From positions 5,208,001-5,272,000 of the forward strand of contig NC_043017.1 in NCBI RefSeq assembly GCF_006345805.1: 64,000 nt of DNA, in the 5' to 3' direction. Positions 37,104-50,311 of the stretch are shown piece after piece. This DNA is from Octopus sinensis (Eukaryota). The position numbers and the translations under genes were made by a program. Each line of letters opens with the position of its first letter. Positions within the stretch are counted from its first letter, which is position 1. A model generated the notes under the pieces. The model saw only the letters and a program-made list of their open reading frames with translations, made no database searches and was not told where the DNA came from.

Positions 37104-37585
37104 TGAGTGAGAGAGCAGTGTATGCCATCAAAGTGACACTGGGGTAAAATATACAAAGCCTGGTATACCCATCATGACTACCTGTCTGATAAGGGTATAC
37201 TAGGCACATGCATCACAACTATATGTGCGCAACATGGTGATCTCATATCAAGATAAACAGTGCATGACCATGCAGGTGGGGCCCAGTTAGATTTTTCTTC
37301 TGGTCGAGTAACCCATCCTGCTCAGAAGGTCCCTGAATAAGGGTTGTTTAAGGACGTTAAACAAAACACTCATGTTTCCAGAGGTGAATTATTCAAACCC
37401 CTAAGAATCCCTCTCAACACATGGCTATGATGCTCCTTCACTACTCCTGCTTGTGATCAGAGATGCAAATATCATCAGCCTCTAAGGGACATGCTCAACT
37501 GGTTAAGGTCAAACAACTGACAAGCAAATCTGTGGCATTGAGCAGAATATTTGCTGTAACCCATCTTTTATACCAAGACAAAACA
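36801..37585 (-). mobile_element. Tandem 1.5 copies (533-bp period) of an unclassified LINE-3'UTR-like repeat with a (TAA)n tail
   Basis: TGAATAAGGGTTGTTTAAGGA starts at 36801 and 37334. Both copies stop at AAAACAATGTA and run into (TTA)/(TCA) repeats. Confidence 0.7.
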
Positions 37586-37972
37586 ATGTATTATTATCAT
37601 CATCATTATCATTATTATTATTATTATCCTCATCATCATTATTATTATATCTGATATCAATTACGTTTAGTGAACTTCGGAAGTGAATAAATATAATAGT
37701 ACAGTTTTTATTTTGTATTTTTTACCATGTATTTTTTTATCTCTCTATTTATTTACTTATTTTGTATCACGTTTAGTAAACAAGTGTCATCGTCATTGGC
37801 TGTGAGCTTACAACAAGCTAATCACTGCTTCACTCTATCAATGATCTCCTGAATGACACATGATTTTTCTGTGTAGTCTCTCTCTCTTTTTTTTTTTAAT
37901 AGCACTGGGTTTTTTTCCTGTGTACTTGCTGACGTTTACATCTTTCACAGAAAAAATATCTATCTATCATCT

Positions 37973-38355
37973 GGAAGCACTCCGTCGGTTACGACGACGA
38001 GGGTTCCAGTTGATCCGAATCAACGGAACAGCCTGCTCGTGAAATTAACATGTAAGTGGCTGAGCACTCCACAGACACGTGTACCCTTAACGTAGTTCTC
38101 GGGGATATTCAGCGTGACACAGAGAGTGACAAGGCTGGTCCCTTTGAAATACAGGTACAACAGAAACAGGAAGTAAGAGTGAGAGAAAGTTGTGGTGAAA
38201 GAGTACAGTAGGGATCACCACCATCCCCTGCCAGAGCCTCGTGGAGCTTTAGGTGTTTTCGCTCAATAAACACTCACAACGCCCGGTCTGGGAATCGAAA
38301 CAGCGATCCTATGACCGCGAGTCCGCTGCCCTAACCACTGGGCCATTGCGCTTCC
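37973..38355 (-). mobile_element. SINE family F, full length, with TSD
   Basis: Head GGAAGCGCAATGGCCCAGTGG...GTTTCGATTCCC. 11-bp TSD ATCTATCATCT at 37962-37972 and 38356-38366. Confidence 0.9.
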
Positions 38356-38554
38356 ATCTATCATCTATATGTTTATCGTCATCATCATTTAACATCTGTT
38401 TCCTATTCTGGAATGGGTTGGACGGTTCAACAGGATCTGGCAAGATGCAGGGCTGTGTTGAGCTCTCAACGCAGCCCTGCATCTCGCTCAAGTGTCACCT
38501 CCGGCAGGGTTTCTACATGGTTTCTGGATTCCCTTTCTCATGCCACAGCAATTA

Positions 38555-39030
38555 CTTAACGAAGCCCTTCCCTCCCTCTGGGGCACAGCTCGTTAATGAC
38601 TTTCCTTCAATGTGCTCAACTCAAAGGCCATCTTTTCTCCTTCTCTCCAATTGGACCCCTGCCTTTTTCAGCTCTGCCTTACTATCCTACCTCCAGCTAT
38701 TTTTAGGATATCTTGACCTCTGTCTCCCTTGAGGGTTTCTTGATGACCAAAAGATGAATTGGCTTTTGCAGCTTTCTTTTTGATTTTGCTGCGCCATTTC
38801 ATATGTTTACCTGAAGGAAGCTCTTTCTTTCCCAGAGCTTATTGGTTTCGAATTATCATCAATACTTCTGCACCTTGCTGTCTTTTTTCTAAGTCGAGTG
38901 GTTGGCCCCTATGCAAACCCATTTTTACCTTTGGGAAGATACGGTCCTTATTAGTTTGGCATCTATCCATTGATCTCCCCAGCATAGGAGACCCAATCAT
39001 GAGCTTCTGCTACCTGGCATAGCTTTCAGG
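38555..39030 (-). mobile_element. Degenerate RTE-clade LINE remnant
   Basis: Allowing frameshifts and stops, the minus strand gives NPQGRQRSRYPKNSWR..AELKKAG...RKVINELCPRGREGLR*. This resembles the WNPQG.R.RGRPKNTWRR...GLC ending of RTE ORFs. Confidence 0.5.
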
Positions 39031-39383
39031 GTCATTTTTCGATGACTGTTGCTTAACCCTTTACCTTTCAGATTACTCTGTGAAACCATTTGAGTGTGAT
39101 CGTTACCTGCGTCGCCTTACTGGCACTTGTGCTGGTGGCACATGAAAAAAACTTCAAGTGAGGTCGTTGCCAGTGCTGCTGGACTGGTTCCTGTGCAGGT
39201 GGCACATAGAAAGCACCACATAAAAATCAGCTTGCAAATACACATTCACTTCCTAATTTTATACTTGGGCTAAATCCCAACAGCCCGAGTACCAGAGTCC
39301 CCACTGGGCTGGAGCATTTTCACAAGTTTTTGTAGTGATTTTTGCTCAGTTTAACACAAGACTTTATTGTACAGCAAACTTAC

Positions 39384-39487
39384 TAATTGTTTTCACATCA
39401 TGACTTCATTCAGTAAATTAATCAGCTGTGACAAAGCAGTGTTTAGTAGGGTGTGTCCAAGGTGCTGTTACAATCATCTCCTTCAAT
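39384..39487 (-). other. Candidate internal exon (104 nt; stop codons in all three frames)
   Basis: Acceptor AATTTTTTTTTTGTCTATTTCAG| and donor TTA|GTAAGT, in unique sequence. Confidence 0.35.
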
Positions 39488-39587
39488 CTGAAATAGACAA
39501 AAAAAAAATTGGTAGGTCAGCTTATTAGGTGTATAGCAATGATATATTAAGCTTACAATAATAATCCAGGAAGGTATAACTGCCTCT

Positions 39588-39910
39588 TTTATTTTGTTTC
39601 AGTCATTTGACTGCAGCCATGCTGGAGCACCGCCTTTTAGTCGAGCAAATCAACCTCAGGACTTATTCTTTGTAAGCCTAGTACTTATTCTATTGGTTGT
39701 CAAGAAATATTGGGGGGTCAAACACAGACACACAAACACACATATATATATATAAATACAACGGGCTTCTTTCAGTTTCCGTCTACCAAATCCACTCACA
39801 AGGCTTTGGTTGGCCCGAGGCTGTAGTAGAAGACACTTGCCCAAGGTGCCAAGCAGTGGGACTGAACCCAGAACCATGTGGTTGGTAAGCAAGCTACTTA
39901 CCACACAGCC
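39588..39910 (-). mobile_element. SINE family A with an internal deletion
   Basis: Match to both halves. Confidence 0.85.
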
Positions 39911-40950
39911 ACAAAAATCTCAAAACTTCTGGAATGCACCTTGTGTATACATGTGCATACACACACGTACACATGGAGACACCACACACACACTCTCACA
40001 CACATAATCTCATTCTGTTTTGTTTTCACCAAATGAATCTGTTAATATTTTAGTAAGCCAATAAGGGAAGATTTTGTATAGTACTACTAACATTCACTAA
40101 TTAATTCATTAAGTAATTAAATTTTAACATGCTATAATGACTGCAACAATATATGGTGATGTCGGTGGTCCCGGGGACGGCGATGGTAGTGGTAAAATAA
40201 GATCTGGAATAGAGCAAAAACAATGAAGTGCTTGGTTTATTGTTTAGCCCAAGGTTAACGCAGATCCAGCACACTTACGATCAACGGCATGCCAACCGTG
40301 ACCATCTCGTATTTTATCGAGACAATGTATCTTAGACTAGATTATATAAAGTATATGGCTCTTATTTTATACAGATTTCGAAATAGCAGGATTGTTACTG
40401 TGCCGGACTAAATGCTTAACACCATTTCGTCTGGCTCTTAACATTCTGAGTTCAAATTCTGTCGAGGACAACTTTGCCTTTCACCCTTCGGGGACTGATA
40501 AAATAAGCATCAATCAAGCATAGGGGTCAGTATAATCGGTTGGGCCTTTCTACCCCGAAATTTCAATCATGTGCCTATAGCAGCTAAAATTTCTTGCAGG
40601 TTTGCGCGACCTGGATTGTGCTTTTGTGATTCAGATAGTTGGTTGTTGTTCTTTAATCACAGGCCAAACTCGAGCGTGCAGACCTGTATATGATCAGATG
40701 TCTTCCTAAAATAAACCATCTTTTCGTTTTTTGTGTGTGCCTATCCAATGTAGATTTATTTTATTTGAATTAGGGGTGTGATTTGATGAAAATTTAGCTG
40801 CTGTTTCTAGCACGTCTTGCCAACAGGGTCTGTGGCAGGATTAATGGATCTATTCAATTTGACATACATATATACACACATATATATCTTGGTTGCTATT
40901 TCTAACATTTCTGGCGAATATGGATTATGAAACTGTGTGTGTGTGTGTGT

Positions 40951-42118
40951 ACAAAATTTGGCTGCTATTTTTAGCATGTCTGGCAAATATGGATTGTGGT
41001 AGGGTTAGTATGTATAGAAAATCTGACTGCTATTTCTAGCACGTCTGGTGAATATTGGTTGTGGTAGAGCTAGTATGTGTACAAAATCTGACTGCTATTT
41101 CTAGCACGTCTGGCGAACATGGATTGTGGTAGGACTAGTATGTGTAGAAAATCTGACTGCTATTTCTAGCACGTCTGGTGAATATTGGTTGTGGCAGGGC
41201 TAGTATGTGTACAAAATCTGACTGCTATTTCTTGCACGTCTTGTGAATATTGGTTGTGGTAGGGCTAGTATGTGTAGAAAATCTGACTGCTATTTCTAGC
41301 ACGTCTGGTGAATATTGGTTGTGGTAGGGCTAGTATGTGTAGAAAATCTGACTGCTATTTCTGGCACGTCTGGTGAATATTGGTTGTGGCAGGGCTAGTA
41401 TGTGTAGAAAATCTGACTGCTATTTCTAGCACGTCTGGTGAATATTGGTTGTGGTAGGGCTAGTCTGTATACAAAATCTGACTGCTATTTCTAGCACGTC
41501 TGGTGAATATTGGTTGTGGTAGGTCTAGTATGTGTACAAAATCTGACTGCTATTTCTAGCACGTCTTGTGAATATTGGTTGTGGCAGGGCTAGTTTGTGT
41601 ACAAAATCTGACTGCTATTTCTAGCACGTCTGGTGAATATTGGTTGTGGCAGGGCTAGTCTGTGTGCAAAATCTGACTGCTATTTCTAGCACGTCTGGTG
41701 AATATTGGTTGCGGTAGGGCTAGTATGTGTACAAAATCTGACTGCTATTTCTAGCACGTCTGGTTAATATTGGTTGTGGTAGAGCTAGTATGTGTACAAA
41801 ATCTGACTGCTATTTCTAGCACGTCTGGTGAATATTGGTTGTGGTAGGGCTAGTTTGTGTACAAAATCTGACTGCTATTTCTAGCATGTCTGGTGAATAT
41901 TGGTTGTGGTAGGGCTAGTATGTGTAGAAAATCTGACTGCTATTTCTAGCACGTCTGGTGAATATTGGTTGTGGTAGGGCTAGTATGTGTACAAAATCTG
42001 ACTGCTATTTCTAGCACGTCTGGTGAATATTGGTTGTGGCAGGGCTAGTTTGTGTACAAAATCTGACTGCTATTTCTAGCACGTCTGGCGAACATGGATT
42101 GTGGAAGGGTTAGAGTGT
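40951..42118. repeat. 65-bp minisatellite, about 18 copies
   Basis: ATCTGACTGC recurs every 65 bp from 41021 to 42061 (17 units), plus degenerate upstream units. The unit contains GCTATTTCTAGCA, which is shared with dispersed SINE family G. Confidence 0.97.
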
Positions 42119-43086
42119 GTGTCGCACCTGCTTTAATAATAAAGATGATTTTAACATCAAAATCCATACATCCGGCGAGGAAACAGTTATGTGCAGTCAG
42201 TCAGTCGTTTTTAGTGAATGAGCTTTTACTGTGAGACAGAAAGAGAACTCAGACAACAACAAACCTACACCAGCTACCTCTACCAACCTCTCCCTCTCTC
42301 TGTCTCTCTATGTCTTCCTATCTATCTATCAATCAACCAACCCCTCTCACACAGTCTCTTAGTATCTCTCTACCTCCAACTCTCTCTCGTTCCACAGTTC
42401 CTCATCTATTCCAGCTCTGACTGGGTTGTTTATAACATTCATCATCTCATGTCTGTCTTTTTTTGTCTGTGTCTTTCTGCCGTGTGATCAATCCACACTT
42501 GGTTAGCTACACGCTATGAAGACAGCCTGTTCTATCACGAAAACACATTATTTATTATTATTATTATTATTATTATCATTACTATTATCATTATTCCACT
42601 ACAATTTGTGTAGGTACTGTACATAATTACAAACACAAATCTTCATTACAACTTACACGGATTTAATGCCTGCTTATACAATGTACCTCGAACGGATCGG
42701 GTGAGCTTTAATTTTGGACTTTAATTCTATTCTGTGTTTGTATAATCTTGTTTTAGCTTCTTCCAATGTCTTTGCTTTTCGTGTTTGTTTGTGTATATAG
42801 AATGTGTGAGTGTGTCTTTGATAGCTGGCATTCTCAAAACCTTCCCACCCCGTTCGTTCATTAGGGGTCATGAAGGAGAAACCAAAATATTTCTGTAAAC
42901 ATTCTTTATATATATATGTATGTATATATCGTAAAGAATGTCTACTCACACACACACGTGTATATGTATATATATACTGACGTAATTATATACATATACG
43001 TATATACACATTACACGCGCGCGCACACATCACATAAATAGTCTCCTCTCTTACATACATCTATAAACATATACACACGTATGTCT

Positions 43087-43157
<71 letters not shown>

Positions 43158-43618
43158 TAAACACTACACACAAATAGTCTTTCTCTCTTACACATGTGTA
43201 CACATATCAGGTATGTCTACACTCCCACATTTGTGTGTACATACATACACACATACATACACACACATACATACATACGTACATACACACATACATACAT
43301 ACACACATACATACACACAACATACGTACACACATACATACATACATACATAGATACATACATTACATACATACATACATTACATACATATATACGTACA
43401 TACATACATACATACATAGAGAGAGAGAGACAGACAGACATACACACACATGCTAGACACGCGCACACAAACACACAGATGTCGGTTACCCAGGATCGAC
43501 CTACCATCAAAGCACACTTTCCAATCCATATCTGTCCGTCAATATTTATGTCAACGACCAACTTGCTGTAGTCAGGAAAACAGAATTGCAACCAATTCTC
43601 GGAGAACAACCAATTTGG

Positions 43619-43652
<34 letters not shown>

Positions 43653-43831
43653 AACACATTATACAGTTATTATACAAAATATTTCCGACTTTAAACCAGC
43701 ATTAAAATCGTTAGTAATTCTTCTTGTTGTGGTTATAGGGGACGCATTTATGTATATAGACACATATATACACATGTACACACATATACCCACTTAGATA
43801 CATATATAAACATACATACATACATACATAA

Positions 43832-43884
<53 letters not shown>

Positions 43885-44208
43885 AGAGCGTTTAGATATC
43901 CATATTTGTATGTATGTATATATATATACGCGCATATGTTGCATATACACACAAACACTTCGTTTTGTTTGAAACGAAAGTAAATTTCCACCATGAGAAA
44001 AGAAAACTGTAGTCATACTATTATGGTGTATATGTTTGTGTGTATGTATATATGCGTATGCATGTTTGTATACATGTATATGTGTATATATATCTGTATA
44101 TATGTGTGTATATCTATATGCGTGTATATGTATATATATATATGTATGTGTGCATACATATATATATATATATATAATGCATTTTCATTTATATACACAC
44201 ACACACAT

Positions 44209-44286
<78 letters not shown>

Positions 44287-44563
44287 CATACACACATATA
44301 CTTAAATGCAGTAGTAGTGTTTGTCTACAATTGCGGTTTGCCTTTTACTGTGTAATTATTTAACAAACAATAAAAAAAATTACAAAAAGACAAACATTTA
44401 ATGTTTTGTGTGGAGGGGGGTGGAGAGAGAAAACGGAAAAAAAGTCGTTTGTGGTTTTCTTGTTTTGATTTCAAACTGAAACTGGAGGTCGGGAAGATAT
44501 TGCAAAAAACCCGAACGACAGGGCAGTAACGTGACTACACACACACACAATATACATGTATAC

Positions 44564-44597
<34 letters not shown>

Positions 44598-45933
44598 CAA
44601 GATATAGGTTGACAGTTATCAGACTTGAGTAATCTTTCCATTTAATATTAAATTGATTTTATATATTTATATATAACTTCACCTATAAAAAAAAAATAAC
44701 ATTAACACACGCACTATATATATATATTATATATATATATATATTCACACATACACACACATAAACATGGATATACACACACATATATACCCTTTATAAT
44801 TGTGATATTTGCCGTTAAAGAGTTTGATTTCATTTTAAATAATCGCAAAATTTGTATTCGTTCCTCGTCCCCCACACCTTAATATAACCGTTGAATGTAG
44901 TTCGATGGGGAATAAGGCACGGCTAGGCTATATATATACACCCATACATACTTACAAGTATATATATATATATGCAGATGACTGCTGTTATATCATGTGC
45001 GTGTGTATACGCACACGCGGGATTTTAACAGTCAACACTGCTGTTATACACACATACAGCTGTTCTGCAAAGGCCATGTGTGTGAGGCATGGGAAATCTA
45101 GTTGCAATATGTCTGTATGTGTGTTAAACTAGATTATTATTCAGTTATTTCTCCCAGATACATTGGACATCAGATGGACAACCCCTGCAGCACTGACAGC
45201 CAGACCACAAGACACATGCGGCCCTTCATAACCCATTTTTTCTTTTAAAAAAACTGTGTTATAATTACATTAAATCTCTTATATTAAAAACCTTGTCACA
45301 TTATCTGTAGGGGGTTCACCCAACATTTCCTTCTATCTTCTTTTTCTCTTTCTCCCTCTTTCCTCTTCTCTCTTTCTCTCCATCTGAATATTTTGTAATG
45401 ATTCTTGCTACCACCGTTTGTTAAAATCTAAGTGATGTTCTGTATTCTGGCCGTCATTTAATACGAACGATATCTCATCTCCCATAAAGGTCCACTCCTG
45501 CTGGAAAAATATATGATGTCTGGTATTGACCGATTTTTAATAATCTCCCTCATCGAAATGATTGATCTTGGTTTTAACGATATGTGAACACAGTGAAAAA
45601 CCAACCATAACATGTACACGCGCGCGCTTATTTTGTCCATTTGCTTCTTAAATTTCAATATTGAGGAGTAATTTACCATATCCAAAGACTATTTTCATCA
45701 GAACAAACCTTTCTTTCTTCACAGATGTAATTTTCCTATTGACAACAAACAATTTATATAATTATTTTGACCGAGCACTCATTAAAACTGGTCTTTATTA
45801 CACCTTAATTAGTTCCGTCCTCTCTTAATTTCAGTGTGTGGTGCGAGTGTGTATACTGAATGTCTGTGTGTGTCTGTATATACACACACTTGTCTCTGTA
45901 TATAAACATGTATTTAGTGAATGCCTGTGTGAT

Positions 45934-45964
<31 letters not shown>

Positions 45965-46039
45965 ATACATACTTGTCTCTGTATATAAACATATTTAGTG
46001 AATGCATGTATGATATATATACATATATGTGTGTGTGTG

Positions 46040-46095
<56 letters not shown>

Positions 46096-47185
46096 GTATA
46101 TAGTGAATGCATGTGTGTGATATGTATGTATGTATGTGTATATAGTGAATGCATGTGTGTGATATGTTATGTATAGGATACATGGTGGAGTTCTTTAATT
46201 CACTTTAAAACTGAGCTGAAACAATGCAGTAAGAACTCAATATTTAAGCCATTATTGTGTCACAGTATTATCTTCTTTCCATAGTTTCGTCCATCGATCA
46301 CAAACGTTCCCTACCTCAGCCTAACATTACAACATATTCCTTGTATTTCTTAATTTTAGCTAAAACAACATTTTTAAAAACACGATCGAACAGAAATTAC
46401 ATGAAGAAAAAATTCGATATGATTCCGTATCAATCGAAATCTACATCTTTCATCAATTGTCTTTCTGTTACGTTGGGGGATAAAATGTTTCACCGATTTT
46501 ATGTAATATAGATCTTATTATTATATATATACGTCTACTCATCTGAGTAATTTGTAGTCTCTCTCTAATTAGTAGCTGTATGCTACCATCATCATCATCA
46601 GCATCATCATCACATATCTTCGTTTGTTTACCTTCTTGACGGGTTTACCTGTCTATTTCCCAACTGTATATTTATTTAGCTATCTACATTTACATCGCGG
46701 TCCGTCTGTTTACCTGTCTGTCTATTTATCTACCAATCTATTTGCATATCTACCTATTTAGCTATCGGTCTATTTATTTATCTAACCATCAGCCCCTTTT
46801 TTGTCTTACAATCTCTCTGTTTATTTATCTTCTAGTATTTTTTACATGTCTGCTAACGAACCTCCCGTCTATCAATTCCATTTAGCAATCCATTTTCTTT
46901 TTTTCTTTTTAAACATCCATTCAGTCTATTCATCTGTCTGCCTATCTGTCACTCTACTTATTTGCCTATTTACCAATCCACCTGCCTATCTGTCTAATTA
47001 CCAGCATGTGTCACCAGGTGAAACCAAGTGTTTATCGCATAAGATTTTCACCTGAAGTTAATTCACCTTTCTGCAGCGTACCATGAACATCACCTAATCA
47101 CATACAAGAACCAACCTATAACAATACGAGGTCATGTGCCTTATGTTACGAAAAAATCAATAAAAATCCACTACTAAAACTCCAC

Positions 47186-47522
47186 CACACACCCCTCCAT
47201 ACAATAATAGACTCTTCCTTGACGTTCTTAATACTTATGGAGGGAATGACATGCACGCCACTACATCGTATGCGTATACCAGCTCCTTCTTGTATGATTA
47301 ACGACCACCCCTCCATAAAATAGGCCCTTTTTTATGTTCTTAATACAGGTTTAGGGAATAGCATGCACACCACAGCAGTGTATATAGCTGCTGCTTCTAG
47401 CATAAATAACAACCACCCTGCTGTACACAATAGGTTCTTCCTTAACGCTCTTACTATAGATGGTGGGAATGGCATACACATCACAACATCGTATATAGCT
47501 GTTTTCTTCTAATATGAATAAC
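47186..47522. repeat. Old, degenerate, approximately 112-bp triplication
   Basis: CCACCC...AATAG...GGGAAT..CAT.CAC..CA recurs three times (GGGAAT at about 47242, 47354 and 47465). Confidence 0.7.
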
Positions 47523-47570
47523 AAGAACAGCGGTAGTGTTATGGAAATGGTGGCGTGACATGTCACTCAC

Positions 47571-47668
47571 CTCCTTTCTGCCATACCATGTTACAGAGGA
47601 GAGAGACAAGGATGAAAGACTTCACATCTCATTCCTGTATTGTTCTTGGTAAATTTGAGGAATTCTCT
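47571..47668 (-). other. Candidate exon (98 nt), possibly 5' UTR with a start codon near its end
   Basis: Acceptor GGTTTTGTATGTTTTTCTTAG| and donor GAG|GTGAGT. Ends ...AACATGGTATGGCAGAAAGGAG, with two ATGs open to the donor (MVWQKG.. or MAER..). Confidence 0.4.
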
Positions 47669-48394
47669 CTAAGAAAAACATACAAAACCTGCCATTCGCG
47701 AATTCTTCTCACAACAAAATCCACCAATTAACACGACACATACACACGCATGTACACACACGTATTTTTTAGCCTGATCAAATGAGGAATCGTTGAAGCT
47801 ACTTTTCAGAGAGTTTTCACGAATTTTCCGTCTGTTCGAGTCGAAAATTGATTTAGTACACTCGTCATTAGGTATTGCGTACTATCTCTTCTCTTCCTTT
47901 CCTTGTAATAAACGGTCACACACGCGCATACGCATGTGTGTGTGTGTGTATGTACACTTTTTCATGTTTCTGAAAGGCAGTCAAATAATACCAGTAATAC
48001 AAGCAGGTGCTTGTCAATAAACTGTATTCCACCTCATTCAAAATTTATGAATAAAGTGGGAACTTTGTCTTGGCATAATCCATTATTGATGTTGTTGTTC
48101 TTCTTATCATCATCATCATCATTATTATTATTATTATTATCATCATCATCATTATTATTATTACTATATTATTATTATTATTATTATTATTATTATCACC
48201 ACTGTCATCATCATCATCATTGATGATGACAACGACTGCTGTATATTATTATTGATGATGATATTACTGTTACTACTAATGCAGTATTAACTGCTGCTGC
48301 TGCTGCTGCTACTACTATTACTACTGCTACACACAGTAGCAATGATGTTGTTGCTGGTGGTAGGGATAGAAGTCTGTGTTTGTATGGGTGTATA

Positions 48395-48438
<44 letters not shown>

Positions 48439-48503
48439 CTACATATGACGTGACATATTGAAATCGATTAAATACACCTACCCAGTGTGTGTGTGTGTGT
48501 GTG

Positions 48504-48553
<50 letters not shown>

Positions 48554-49573
48554 TCGTCAACTTTTACTTGTTTCAGTTATAGGGCTGCGGCCATGCTGGG
48601 GCATCGCCTTGAAGCGCTTTCAGTGGAACGAATTGCTCCCCCCCCCCACCGCTCTCATCAGTACGTATTTGTATATATACATATTTATATATGCATTACA
48701 GTACGTGTATGTATGCGTATATATATATGTGTGTGTGTATACGAATGCATTTATGTGTGTGTGTGCGTGCACAGGCACACACATTTGCACACAGATACAT
48801 AAGTCTCATTCTGAAGAAATATTCACCATTGTCGTATAATTCCACAGCCATTTTTGCATTCTGCACTTGCAGTTGCAAACTGCAAGAGAGCATATTGCAT
48901 ACAAACATGTACGCTTTACATTAAGAGCACACTCTCCACCATACTTACACACAGACACACTACATAGGCACACCTACATACTATATACATATATATATAT
49001 ATATACAGACACACGGAGTCCAGCTTTATTCTATTGTTTCTCGTCTGTCCTGGATTAACCAAATTATTGCATGCGTTGTTTTCGCTATCAGTGCTTCATC
49101 TAGCAACAAGAACCACCACCAACACCACCATCGCCTCTAACACCATTACTACCGCCTCCCACCTACACTACTACGATCACTATCACCCCCACCCCACCAC
49201 TAACACCGTTATTACTATCACCCCTACTACTACTACTACTACTACCATCATCAGTCTGTCCCTTTCCGCCTCTCTACCCCTTAACATTTTATCGATTTTT
49301 GTCTGCTAAAACTCCCCCCTTTTTCCTTTACTAATTTTACCTCATGTTACAAACTTTATCTGTAGTAGTAGTAGTAGTAGTAGTAGTGGTCGTCATTGTC
49401 GTCGAAATGGTGATGGTAGTAGTAACAACATTGGTAGTAGTAGTAGTAGTAGTGGTGGTGGTGGTGGTAGTAGTTTTATTGTTCCTAATCGCACACATTC
49501 TGTCTGTTTTGGTTGACATTTGAAACCGAAACTAACTTTTACAAAGTGTGCATATATCGTTTATATGGCTATA

Positions 49574-49630
<57 letters not shown>

Positions 49631-49654
49631 TACATACATACATGCATACATATT

Positions 49655-49696
<42 letters not shown>

Positions 49697-49726
49697 CATA
49701 CATACATGCATACATATCTCTATCTA

Positions 49727-49837
<111 letters not shown>

Positions 49838-50056
49838 ACAACATCGACGGTTTGTGTATGGAATTTACTAAGTACCCATGAACGAAACTCTCGAGCCTTG
49901 AGTCACTCTGACTTCTGCAGATTAAATAAATAAATAAATGTGTGTGTGTTTGTTTGTTTTTATGTTCAGTTACAATAAAAACAATTTTACATTAATTTGA
50001 TACGTTTATTCTATGCTTTTCTTAACTAAAATTTATTATTCTTAAGCAAAAATATC

Positions 50057-50103
<47 letters not shown>

Positions 50104-50311
50104 AAAGGCAACGGAAAAACTGACATATAGACACCACTTTATTAGGGCATAATGCAATTGTGAACAATATCAAACTCATTATATATAACATGTTTTGAGT
50201 TTTATTTTCCTGGTTTTCATTATCAAACTTGATATGTTATATATACACCACACGCAAATAAATACACAACGTTAATGGTAAACCGTTCTGTAAGGAACAG
50301 CTGGTATTTTT

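Noticed and set aside
40951-42118. Regular direct repeats superficially like a CRISPR array
   Set aside because: The units are contiguous with no unique spacers, there are no cas genes, and the context is eukaryotic.
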